From positions 689,092 through 753,091 of the forward strand of contig CP070705.1 of the NCBI GenBank assembly GCA_020349965.1: a DNA stretch of 64,000 nucleotides, in the 5' to 3' direction. Source of the DNA: a candidate division WOR-3 bacterium (GTDB taxonomy: Bacteria; Hydrothermota; Tepidihabitantia; SM23-42). Each line of letters begins with the position of its first letter. The stretch's first letter is position 1. The position numbers and the translations under genes were made by a program. Of this stretch, positions 1 to 8,447 are shown in pieces. The notes under the pieces were generated by a model. The model saw only the letters and a program-made list of their open reading frames with translations, searched no databases and was not told the DNA's origin.

Positions 1-188
1 TTTTGACTTGACAAGACCACCAGGGAATCGCTGGCCCCTTTCGGGTGACTCAAGAACGAGACGCATTCTTCTAATAACAATCCCCCGGCGATCTTGTTCA
101 CATTCTCTTCCCTCTAACTGCAGAATCGATGATTCTGCCCATGCTGTATAATAATGTCGATTTGTGAAAAATCTGTGAATTTTCGAAG

Positions 189-3100
189 CTATTGGCCGAT
201 TCCAGTTCCTGTGAGCGCCTCGTATACTTTGAGAGTCTCCTTGCTCGGTACAGTCCCTAATTCCCTCTTCAAGTCTTTCTTTAACTTATCGAAATGTGCC
301 GTTATTTCTTTATATCTACCAAGTCCTGCCAGTGCTTCCATCAACCGACAGTGGTGTCCCTCCTCGAGTGGATTCAACGTGACCGCCTCTCCACAGGCAT
401 CAAGAGCTTCGGAGTATTCCCCGTTACGGTTACAAAGGTCAATGATCATCGTAAGGCATTCTTCGCATTTGCCGTTGTAATAGCGCCGTAGCTGCTCGAC
501 CCAATCATCATACCAGCCCGTGGCAAGATTCTTCCTGCCCAAGGAAATAGCCTTCCAAAGCAATTTCTTCTTCTGCGCATCGTCTTCAGTATTCCATACT
601 ATTCTTAGGATGGCATCGAATTCATCAGTATCGAGACTAACGGAAACACCTGGGGCCAGCTGAAAGCTACCCTTGGCACTGGAGATCAATTCTATATCCT
701 TGCCCAACATCGACCTGGAAACATCTCTGATGTACTGCACCGCTTTACGTAGGCTATCACTACCCTTCTTTCGTGAAGCCTCATGCCAGAGGGCATCGAT
801 GAGGCAATCGCCACTCACCCTCTCGTCCCTGTGTACAAGCAGGTAGAAGAACAGCTTCTTCGTCTTCACCGTCTGCCAATATTTATCTTCGATCAACAGA
901 TCATCGATATAAACACGTGGCATGCCGAACAGATACGCGTCGACCCAATGAATGTCGACCGCAGATCTTTTGATCATCGCCTTCACGTACGACTTTGCGA
1001 TTTCATGTTCACGCACGTACTGAACCATCCATGGCTCAGCATGCAGTTGTCTTGATAATAGATAATCATAACCTTTGTCACGGCTCGCATTGACAGCTTC
1101 GCGTAACGCTCCTTGACTCGCTGACGTATTGCCCTGCAGATGGAATACCTTACTCAACTCGATGTTAGCCAAGAATTGTTGAAATACATCGCCATATTCT
1201 CCGGCCACTGCCCGAGCATGCGTCAGCAGCTCTTCAGCTTGTCCAATCTTACCCTGAGCTCTTCTCAGCTTAGCCTCGGTCAGATAAACGGGTATCGATT
1301 CAGCATCATCACGCGTCTTTTTCAACATCCAGATCGAAGAAATCAACTTTTCGGCTTCGACATAATCCTGACTGCTAATGGCAATTTCACACATTTCATT
1401 CATCGCAATGATAATGAGCTTCTCGACGCCAAGTTCGTTGGCCGCCTGGAGTGATTTACCGACGTAATACCTTGCCTTCACGAGATCTCCACGTTCAAGG
1501 TAGAGTAATCCGTAGCCGACCCACAAGGCTACAAACGACCACATGTCGTTATACGGACTGCATGTCTCGATGCCGAGGTCAAGTATCCTCTTTCCATCTT
1601 CCAGGTGTCCAAGCAAAATACTGAGCTTTGCCGCATTATAAAACCCTGCGCCGCAGCCCGGCGAGAAGTGTTGTGCGAGCACACCGGCGATCCTTGATAG
1701 CTTTGCATAGGCACCTTTTGGGTTGCCCACTTTCCACTCACTCATGGCCCAGTTGTTCAGAATGCTTGCTTCTATTTCACCGTAACCCTTCCTTTGAGCA
1801 ATCTCCAGGGCCTGTTCGTAGAAGAACGCCGCCCGTTTCACATGCTTGCCGCCAAGTGCCGTATGCAGAGAACCGAGCGAATTGAGTATCGAAGCTCTCG
1901 TGAGACTTGATCCCCGCGGGCACACGTCCAGTGCCCGCCGGTAATAGCGCAATGCTGAAGCAAATTTACCCTCGGTGTAGCTTATGCCGGCGAGTGCATA
2001 CATTACATCCGCGTACTTGCGCTTCGCACCCCGCTTCGCCTTCTCCAACATTCCCCTTGCCCTCAAAATCGCCTGACGGGACTGCGCGAGTCTACCCATT
2101 ATTGTCAGCGCGCGAGAGTACATAATCAGGAGTTCTGCGTTGCGGTTACGTATTTCTGCAGGGATCAGTTCGATATGATTACAAAGCACACTACTCCTGC
2201 CTTGACCTATATAGACTTGCCCGATCTTATTGATCGTTGCGATCATTTTCTTGTATGCCCGTGCCTGGCCATAGAAAACAAGGGCATCATCATATTCGCC
2301 CTTCTTAGAGAGATATTCTGCCGCTCGCATACTTATCATCCCTCTCCGCTTAGGATCCGTGAATTTACTGAAAAGAAAATCCCTGAAAAGGTTGTGCAGA
2401 CGGTAGCCATGGTCTGGTATGCTGACGATAAAAGCATTGCGCCTTGCGAGCTCTGCGAATGCCACCTTCGAATTCTTACGGCCCGTTGCTGCGTCGAACA
2501 ATTCTGGGTTCAACCACTCGAATAGTGTGCAATCTACAAGAAACTGCCGCATTCGCACCGGCTCCTGGAAATAGATCTCCTGTGCAAAAAAATTGAAGAG
2601 GCTTGACTGCGACTGCAGACTTCCGCCGATCATGGTTCTTGTATGATCCGAGGATGTTATACCCCGAAGATAACTCGAGGATTGAATCATCAAACGTAGG
2701 CTCACCGGCCACCCCTCGGAATATTTATCCACCCACTCGAGATCACGAGGTCCGAGTGGGATCGAATAGGTTTTCTTGAAAAGCTGCCTGATCTCTGTTT
2801 TAGTAAATCGCAGTTGTTGTCCGGTCAATTCTATAAATTCGTCTCTCGCATTCATCAAAGAAAAATAGATATCTGGTTTTGCACGCGACGTAATGATGAA
2901 GTGCATGTTCGCTGGCATATGCTTGAACAGAAAATCAAGCACTTTGTTGATGGCGGCGGCTGGCTGCAAAGAATGATAGTCCTCCAGGATGATGTAGATC
3001 TCTTCTTTGATGCACTCAACCACCTCATTGATAAAGGTTCCGATGATCAAATCAGAATAGCGTTGTGGCTGGTTGAAGAGATGATGTAGGTGCGCTATCT

Positions 3101-3398
3101 TCCGGCCAAAGGACGGACATATCTTATGTATGCCGGCGGTAAGATATGAAAAGAACACCGCGGGCTCGGCGTCTGTTTTCTCGAGAAGATAATACACCAC
3201 CGGTATTTTACGCCGTGATATGAAGTGAGACAGCAGTGTTGTCTTGCCGTACCCAGGACCAGCGGATAAGAGTATGACTTTCTTGTCCAGATGTCTGGAA
3301 AGCATGTCGAGTAAGCGTTGGCGCCGCAGCGTTTTAGTCTTGATCTCCGGGGGTTGCAATTTACTGAGCAGAATTACGCCGGATTCTTTCCTCTCCAC
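189..3398 (-). CDS. MalT-like STAND ATPase / TPR / SARP (wHTH-BTAD) transcriptional regulator
   Basis: N-terminal RxRLLxxL, Walker A AGPGYGKTT, Walker B IILEDYH and GWPVSLRL (MalT-type NTPase); central TPR-like helices; C-terminal LFFYLLVHR...LIDALW...SLRKAV and EEGHHCRLMEALAGLG typical of SARP wHTH+BTAD. Confidence 0.85.
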   Translation of the reverse strand: MERKESGVILLSKLQPPEIKTKTLRRQRLLDMLSRHLDKKVILLSAGPGYGKTTLLSHFISRRKIPVVYYLLEKTDAEPAVFFSYLTAGIHKICPSFGRKIAHLHHLFNQPQRYSDLIIGTFINEVVECIKEEIYIILEDYHSLQPAAAINKVLDFLFKHMPANMHFIITSRAKPDIYFSLMNARDEFIELTGQQLRFTKTEIRQLFKKTYSIPLGPRDLEWVDKYSEGWPVSLRLMIQSSSYLRGITSSDHTRTMIGGSLQSQSSLFNFFAQEIYFQEPVRMRQFLVDCTLFEWLNPELFDAATGRKNSKVAFAELARRNAFIVSIPDHGYRLHNLFRDFLFSKFTDPKRRGMISMRAAEYLSKKGEYDDALVFYGQARAYKKMIATINKIGQVYIGQGRSSVLCNHIELIPAEIRNRNAELLIMYSRALTIMGRLAQSRQAILRARGMLEKAKRGAKRKYADVMYALAGISYTEGKFASALRYYRRALDVCPRGSSLTRASILNSLGSLHTALGGKHVKRAAFFYEQALEIAQRKGYGEIEASILNNWAMSEWKVGNPKGAYAKLSRIAGVLAQHFSPGCGAGFYNAAKLSILLGHLEDGKRILDLGIETCSPYNDMWSFVALWVGYGLLYLERGDLVKARYYVGKSLQAANELGVEKLIIIAMNEMCEIAISSQDYVEAEKLISSIWMLKKTRDDAESIPVYLTEAKLRRAQGKIGQAEELLTHARAVAGEYGDVFQQFLANIELSKVFHLQGNTSASQGALREAVNASRDKGYDYLLSRQLHAEPWMVQYVREHEIAKSYVKAMIKRSAVDIHWVDAYLFGMPRVYIDDLLIEDKYWQTVKTKKLFFYLLVHRDERVSGDCLIDALWHEASRKKGSDSLRKAVQYIRDVSRSMLGKDIELISSAKGSFQLAPGVSVSLDTDEFDAILRIVWNTEDDAQKKKLLWKAISLGRKNLATGWYDDWVEQLRRYYNGKCEECLTMIIDLCNRNGEYSEALDACGEAVTLNPLEEGHHCRLMEALAGLGRYKEITAHFDKLKKDLKRELGTVPSKETLKVYEALTGTGIGQ

Positions 3399-3404
3399 AT
3401 GAAA

Positions 3405-3432
3405 ACTATAACCAGGCCTCCCGACTTGTCAA
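3405..3432 (-). promoter_or_regulatory. sigma70-type promoter of the STAND regulator (leaderless)
   Basis: Minus strand TTGACA-16-TATAGT, 6 nt before GTG 3398; no SD. Confidence 0.6.
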
Positions 3433-3640
3433 GCGCAATCCTGTAAGCAGAACACCCAGCGCGTAAACTATAGACGCAATCCACAAGTAAGCACAAGACC
3501 CTGAATCCAATATAACAGCAGACGTGTGATTAATCAGCACTGCCGTGTGTAATATTCTTAATTTCTGCCATTTGAGAATCGGTGCCAGGACACGGCACCG
3601 TTCGCCTTTTGCTGCGCTCCAGCGGAAAACGATGCTTGTA

Positions 3641-3669
3641 TTGACACTCCTCACACGGGACAATATAAT
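3641..3669 (+). promoter_or_regulatory. sigma70-type promoter of priA (leaderless)
   Basis: Perfect TTGACA-17-TATAAT, 5 nt before GTG 3675; no SD. Confidence 0.75.
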
Positions 3670-3674
3670 CAACC

Positions 3675-5651
3675 GTGAAGGTCGACGTCGCCATTCCCAG
3701 GACAAGAGTGGATTACCTCACGTATACGGTAACCGAAGACCTGAATCCGGGTGATCTCGTACTCGTTCCCGTCCGTAAGAAGACAAAGTTCGGTATCGTC
3801 ATCAACAAAAGTTCCCGGAGAGAGGTCCCAGGCATAAAGAACGTCCATGAATTAGTACAAAAAGAATTTGTGCCGACGAATCTTCTCACTCTTTACAAAT
3901 GGATGGCTGACTACTATCTCGCGCCGCTCGGCGAAGTATTGAAACTCGCTTTGCCGTCGAAGATACTGAAGAAGTATGAACTCCCGACGGAGCGAGAATA
4001 CAAACCGAAGAAGGTCCAAGCTCCAAAGCCTAACTACCACCAGAGCGTCGCAATCCAGAGCATCGTCAATGCCCTGAAGAAGCACTCCTATGCGGCTTTC
4101 CTGCTATACGGCATCACCGGAAGCGGCAAGACCGAGGTCTATATCCGTTGCGTGGAAAAGGTGGTGGCAGAAGGCGGTCGCGCGCTTGTGCTCGTTCCGG
4201 AAATCTCGATGACCCCCCTCCTTTTTGACAGATTTGAAGAACGCTTCCACAACGAAGTTGTTACAATACATTCAACTCTTACCGACAAAGACCGCCGCAC
4301 CCTGTGGCATGCGATAAAGGAAGGGAAGTATCGCGTGGTGATCGGTCCACGTTCGACCGTCTTTGTACCGATACCAGGGCTGCAGATTATTATCGTCGAT
4401 GAAGAGCATGACCAGTCATACAAAGAGCATACGCGAATGCCACACTACAATGCGCGCGATGTCGCGGTTGCGCGAAGCAGGTTCGACAATATCGTTGTGG
4501 TATTAGGCAGTGCGACGCCCCAGGTCGAATCATATTATAACACCGAGATCGGCAAATACCAGTTGCTCGACCTCAAAGAGAGAATCGACTCGCGTCCGCT
4601 TCCGGAGATCGAGATCATAGATCTTCGGGAAGAAATCAGGCCCTACATTTCTCCTATGCTGCAGGAATCTATCGAGAGCACGTTACGCAAGGACGAACAG
4701 TCGATAATCTTTCTTAACCGACGCGGATTTGCAGCAAGTCTGATGTGCCCCTACTGTGGATTCACCGCAAAGTGCCCATTCTGCAGCCTGCCCCTTGTCT
4801 ACCACAAATCTGAAAAGGATGAGAAAGCATCACTTTCCTGCCACATTTGCTCGCACAGGTCACCGTTGCGAAGCAAATGCCCGAAATGCGGGCGCGCCAC
4901 TCTCCTCTACCGTGGCGCCGGAACTCAGCGGGTCGAGGACATACTGAAGAAGATCGTCACCGGAATGGATTTGAAGAGGGAGGATGGAACTTCGATCGTC
5001 GTGCGCCTTGACCGGGATTCAGCAAGACCGCGAGGAAGCATGCAGACGATCTTGAATAGATTCCAGCGAGGAGAAGCGAAAATCCTTCTCGGCACACAAC
5101 TCGTGACCAAAGGTTTCGATTTCCAAGACGTTACGCTGGTCGGGATAGTGAACGCGGACATAATACTACACCTACCAGATTTCCGAAGCGGTGAGCGTAC
5201 CTTTCAGATATTGACCCAGGTCGCAGGGCGCTCTGGACGAGGCGAGAAACAGGGTAAGGTCCTGATACAGACCTACCACCCTGAGCAATATGCTACGATC
5301 TTCGGCCAGCTGCAGGACTATGAATCATTCTACCGGAATGAATTACGCTGCCGAGAAGACCTCGGCTTTCCCCCTTTTTCAAGATTGATCCTGTTGCGGC
5401 TGAAGGGCAAGAACGAACACGATGTGTGGAACGAGGCAGAGAAACTCCACAGCGCCCTCAGAAGGAATAACGGCTTCCAGATCTTCGGGCCGAACCGGTC
5501 ATTCTACTACAAAATCAGGGATAATTATCGTGTTTTCCTGTTGCTCAAACTGAAGAAGAAACATCCCCAGCATAAACTGGAGTACCTGCGTGCGTATAAG
5601 CCCGCTAAGTGCGATATCGAGATCGACGTTGACCCGCTCGAAGTCTTCTAA
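3675..5651 (+). CDS. priA: Primosomal protein N' (replication restart helicase)
   Basis: GITGSGKTEVY, DEEHD, SATP, LNRRGF, four CxxC pairs, GTQLVTKGFDF, QVAGRSGR. Confidence 0.97.
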   Translation: MKVDVAIPRTRVDYLTYTVTEDLNPGDLVLVPVRKKTKFGIVINKSSRREVPGIKNVHELVQKEFVPTNLLTLYKWMADYYLAPLGEVLKLALPSKILKKYELPTEREYKPKKVQAPKPNYHQSVAIQSIVNALKKHSYAAFLLYGITGSGKTEVYIRCVEKVVAEGGRALVLVPEISMTPLLFDRFEERFHNEVVTIHSTLTDKDRRTLWHAIKEGKYRVVIGPRSTVFVPIPGLQIIIVDEEHDQSYKEHTRMPHYNARDVAVARSRFDNIVVVLGSATPQVESYYNTEIGKYQLLDLKERIDSRPLPEIEIIDLREEIRPYISPMLQESIESTLRKDEQSIIFLNRRGFAASLMCPYCGFTAKCPFCSLPLVYHKSEKDEKASLSCHICSHRSPLRSKCPKCGRATLLYRGAGTQRVEDILKKIVTGMDLKREDGTSIVVRLDRDSARPRGSMQTILNRFQRGEAKILLGTQLVTKGFDFQDVTLVGIVNADIILHLPDFRSGERTFQILTQVAGRSGRGEKQGKVLIQTYHPEQYATIFGQLQDYESFYRNELRCREDLGFPPFSRLILLRLKGKNEHDVWNEAEKLHSALRRNNGFQIFGPNRSFYYKIRDNYRVFLLLKLKKKHPQHKLEYLRAYKPAKCDIEIDVDPLEVF

Positions 5652-5660
5652 CACCCCGGA

Positions 5661-5796
5661 GACAGGCATAAACTTTTAAACTTTTGGCGTAGATTTGCAC
5701 GTAATATCAAGCGATTCTATTATAGGAATGCAACGTTCTCTAGTCCCCGAAAATTAGGGATTTATTGCAGCAAAAGTTTAAAAGTTTATGCCTGTC
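5661..5796. repeat. 136-bp element bounded by perfect 26-bp inverted repeats (REP/MITE-like)
   Basis: GACAGGCATAAACTTTTAAACTTTTG (5661-5686) is the exact reverse complement of 5771-5796; non-coding; between convergent genes. Confidence 0.85.
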
Positions 5797-5817
5797 CCTG
5801 AGGTTTCCTGAGCCCGA

Positions 5818-7863
5818 TCAGAAAAGGGACTTCAGTATTAGTTGCATGTCCGTGATGACCGATTGATTCTTTATGTAGTATAGATTGTAATAATCTTTTT
5901 CATTCTGCGTCAGAGTGCTCTTCTTCTCCCGCATCTTGACCTGGACCAAACCAGTAAGGCCTGGTTTGTATGTGGGGTAAAACTTACCGGGTTTGAAATC
6001 GATCATCTCAGAGCCGACGATACTCAACTTTCCCGTCAGCACCGAGAACAGAAGGGGAACCTTCTTCATGAACGCCAGTCCTCCTTCAAAAAGACGTACA
6101 ACCAGCGATTTTCCTCCAGTGCCGACGATATTTCGCTGCGTGAATTTCCCGCCGATCAGAATATTTAGCAGCATGACTGGTGAAATGATGATAATAATCC
6201 CGACCGCTGCACAGAAGTCGAATATGCGCTTGACGATCAGATCCAGAGGACCGGCAAAACCCGTGATATCAAGCAGGGGAACCGATTCTATATCATCGAC
6301 CGACGATTTCGCCACTATGTATTCGACCTCGTGAGGCACGATGCGAAAATTCACACCGCTGCCCTGGGCACGGATAATGGTTTCGAGGATCTGGGCGTTG
6401 GTCAGCCGGTCCGAAGAGAATATCACTTCATCTATACGCTCCACCCTGATGACATCCTTGATGTTGTCAGTCGTCGCGAGCACCTCGGTACCGTCGATCT
6501 CTTTACCGATGTTCTGCGTGTCGAAATCGACGAATCCGCATATTTCATAGTGCATGTCCGGCCTCGACCGTAGCTTGTTCAATATCCGCTTACCTTCTTT
6601 CCCGGCGCCAATGATTATTGCCCGTCGTAAACGCGATAGTGGGGCCCTCCTCGCTCCAGGACCCGCGACCCTGTAGACAACGCGCCACACTGCCGTGAGA
6701 ATGAATATGAGCAGGAATGAGATGAGAACCACGATTCGTGAATACGCGAACTGCTTGAAGAAATAGGTGAAGGTCGAGTTGACGAGGAGCCCGAGAACAC
6801 AGCCCCCCAAGACGGGTTTCAGCGGAAAGATCTCCTTGCCTCTATAAGCACGAAACAGGTAGATACTCGACATCCAGACGAATGTGTAGACCGGCACCAC
6901 GATATTGAATCGCTCAAGCGGATAGTGTGGAAAACGGATCCTTATCGCCAGTAGCAGACTCAACAGAACGAAGCTGAGATCAACCAACGGAGGTGCAAGA
7001 TTCTTCACAGTCTGCCACAAGAACGCCATCACCGCCCTGACATATATGCCTACAGTCAACAGAATCCTGAGCAGAAATGAATAGCGACCGCCAATATGCT
7101 TGTTCACAAAAATAAGCATCGTCGAATAGAAGTTCGCAATGGAGGAGAATTCGGATTTCTTTGTGCTTTCTCCCTTGTAATGGATCGCTTTTGTGGAAGG
7201 TGTGTACATGATCTTCCACCCCGCCGCCTTGATCCGGTACGACAGGTCGATATCCTCTCCGTACATGAAATAATCTTCGTCAAAATAGCCCACGTTATCG
7301 AGCACGCTCTTCCTCAACATCATCAACGAACCGGACAACACATCCACCTCGGTCTCTGTATCAGCATCAACATAGCTGACATTATACTTGCCGAACAGAC
7401 GGCTATGTGGAAAAATCCGGCTCAACCCGACGATCCGACAAAAAGCCACCCATGGTGTGGGAAAACTCCTGCGGCTGGCGATCTGAAATGACCCGTCCGG
7501 ATTCAGCAATTTACATCCAACCGCACCCACATCGTGCCGCTTATCAAGATAATTAATGAGCACCTTCAACGCATCTTCCTGTATGAGTGTATCAGGGTTG
7601 AGCAGTAGCACGTAATCACCATTTGCGTGGCGGAGCGCCTGATTGTTCGCTGCGGAGAAACCAATGTTCGTAGTATTCTCGATCAGCCGCACGTGCGGGA
7701 ATTTTTTCTTAACCAATGCCTGACTACCATCCACAGATGCGTTATCGACGACAAAAACTTCGATATCGACATCGCCACGCGCGCGGTCGATCGCTATAAG
7801 ACACTGTTCGAGAAAGGCTTTTACATTATAGTTGACGATGACAATAGAAAGGTCTTTTTTCAT
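5818..7863 (-). CDS. GT2 glycosyltransferase fused to membrane segments, a Rossmann-like domain and a degenerate sugar-transferase (PGT-like) domain
   Basis: SIVIVNYN, VVDNASVDGS, LLLNPDT, YGEDIDL (GT2); several TM helices; AIIIGAG; KRIFD...KPGLTGLVQ; ATG 7863 chosen from promoter spacing. Confidence 0.88.
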   Translation of the reverse strand: MKKDLSIVIVNYNVKAFLEQCLIAIDRARGDVDIEVFVVDNASVDGSQALVKKKFPHVRLIENTTNIGFSAANNQALRHANGDYVLLLNPDTLIQEDALKVLINYLDKRHDVGAVGCKLLNPDGSFQIASRRSFPTPWVAFCRIVGLSRIFPHSRLFGKYNVSYVDADTETEVDVLSGSLMMLRKSVLDNVGYFDEDYFMYGEDIDLSYRIKAAGWKIMYTPSTKAIHYKGESTKKSEFSSIANFYSTMLIFVNKHIGGRYSFLLRILLTVGIYVRAVMAFLWQTVKNLAPPLVDLSFVLLSLLLAIRIRFPHYPLERFNIVVPVYTFVWMSSIYLFRAYRGKEIFPLKPVLGGCVLGLLVNSTFTYFFKQFAYSRIVVLISFLLIFILTAVWRVVYRVAGPGARRAPLSRLRRAIIIGAGKEGKRILNKLRSRPDMHYEICGFVDFDTQNIGKEIDGTEVLATTDNIKDVIRVERIDEVIFSSDRLTNAQILETIIRAQGSGVNFRIVPHEVEYIVAKSSVDDIESVPLLDITGFAGPLDLIVKRIFDFCAAVGIIIIISPVMLLNILIGGKFTQRNIVGTGGKSLVVRLFEGGLAFMKKVPLLFSVLTGKLSIVGSEMIDFKPGKFYPTYKPGLTGLVQVKMREKKSTLTQNEKDYYNLYYIKNQSVITDMQLILKSLF

Positions 7864-7869
7864 CACACG

Positions 7870-7897
7870 ATTATAGGTTAACGATCAACTAAGTCAA
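7870..7897 (-). promoter_or_regulatory. sigma70-type promoter of GT2 gene (leaderless)
   Basis: Minus strand TTGACT-16-TATAAT, 6 nt before ATG 7863. Confidence 0.7.
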
Positions 7898-7912
7898 TAT
7901 TGTAGTATGTAA

Positions 7913-8428
7913 TCATATCTTGTATAGATAGATCCTGTCTTCAGGCAGATGATCGTCGAGAGCCCAGTTGTTGAACTGCCAGACATACGAAACGATGCGC
8001 GTCCCCGATTTGAGTTCGCGGATGAATTTGTCTTTAAGCCGTTCCATTGTAGGCCCGTACAGGAAAAGCACGACAACGGTGGCTTCTGCAATGTCTTTCC
8101 CGAAAAAATTGCCAAACCTGATACTCACCCTTTTGACCTGGCCCGAGATCAGTGTCATGAACCATGCGAAGACGAACCTGAATGGGTCGATCTCATAGCC
8201 AACACCACGCGCTCCGAACCTCCGAGCTGCCGCTATCAGTACTCTTCCGTCACCGCACCCGAGGTCGTACACGATGTCACTGCTGCCGACGCCAGCGATA
8301 TCGAGCATCTTGTGAACCTTGTCCATTGGTGCCGGGTCGTAGCCGGCACCCACGGGAATCGCCCAGTACTTCCAAACCACGTACAGGATGAATACGACGA
8401 TGAGGGTAATCACCAATTGCATGGCCAC
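7913..8428 (-). CDS. Class I SAM-dependent methyltransferase with N-terminal membrane anchor (FAM173/ATPSCKMT-like)
   Basis: VYDLGCGDGRVL motif I, GYEIDP, ATVVVLFL, GTRIVSY; hydrophobic N-terminus. Confidence 0.8.
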   Translation of the reverse strand: MAMQLVITLIVVFILYVVWKYWAIPVGAGYDPAPMDKVHKMLDIAGVGSSDIVYDLGCGDGRVLIAAARRFGARGVGYEIDPFRFVFAWFMTLISGQVKRVSIRFGNFFGKDIAEATVVVLFLYGPTMERLKDKFIRELKSGTRIVSYVWQFNNWALDDHLPEDRIYLYKI

Positions 8429-8447
8429 TCGATCTCCCGACGGAAAC

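Noticed and set aside
1-188. GCAGAATC-GAT-GATTCTGC hairpin (120-138) and possible minus-strand gene start running off the edge
   Set aside because: Too little context to choose between operator, terminator or chance, and no frame can be supported
3406-3754. Short ORFs in the regulator-priA intergenic region
   Set aside because: They overlap both promoters and the priA start; no SD or recognisable motif
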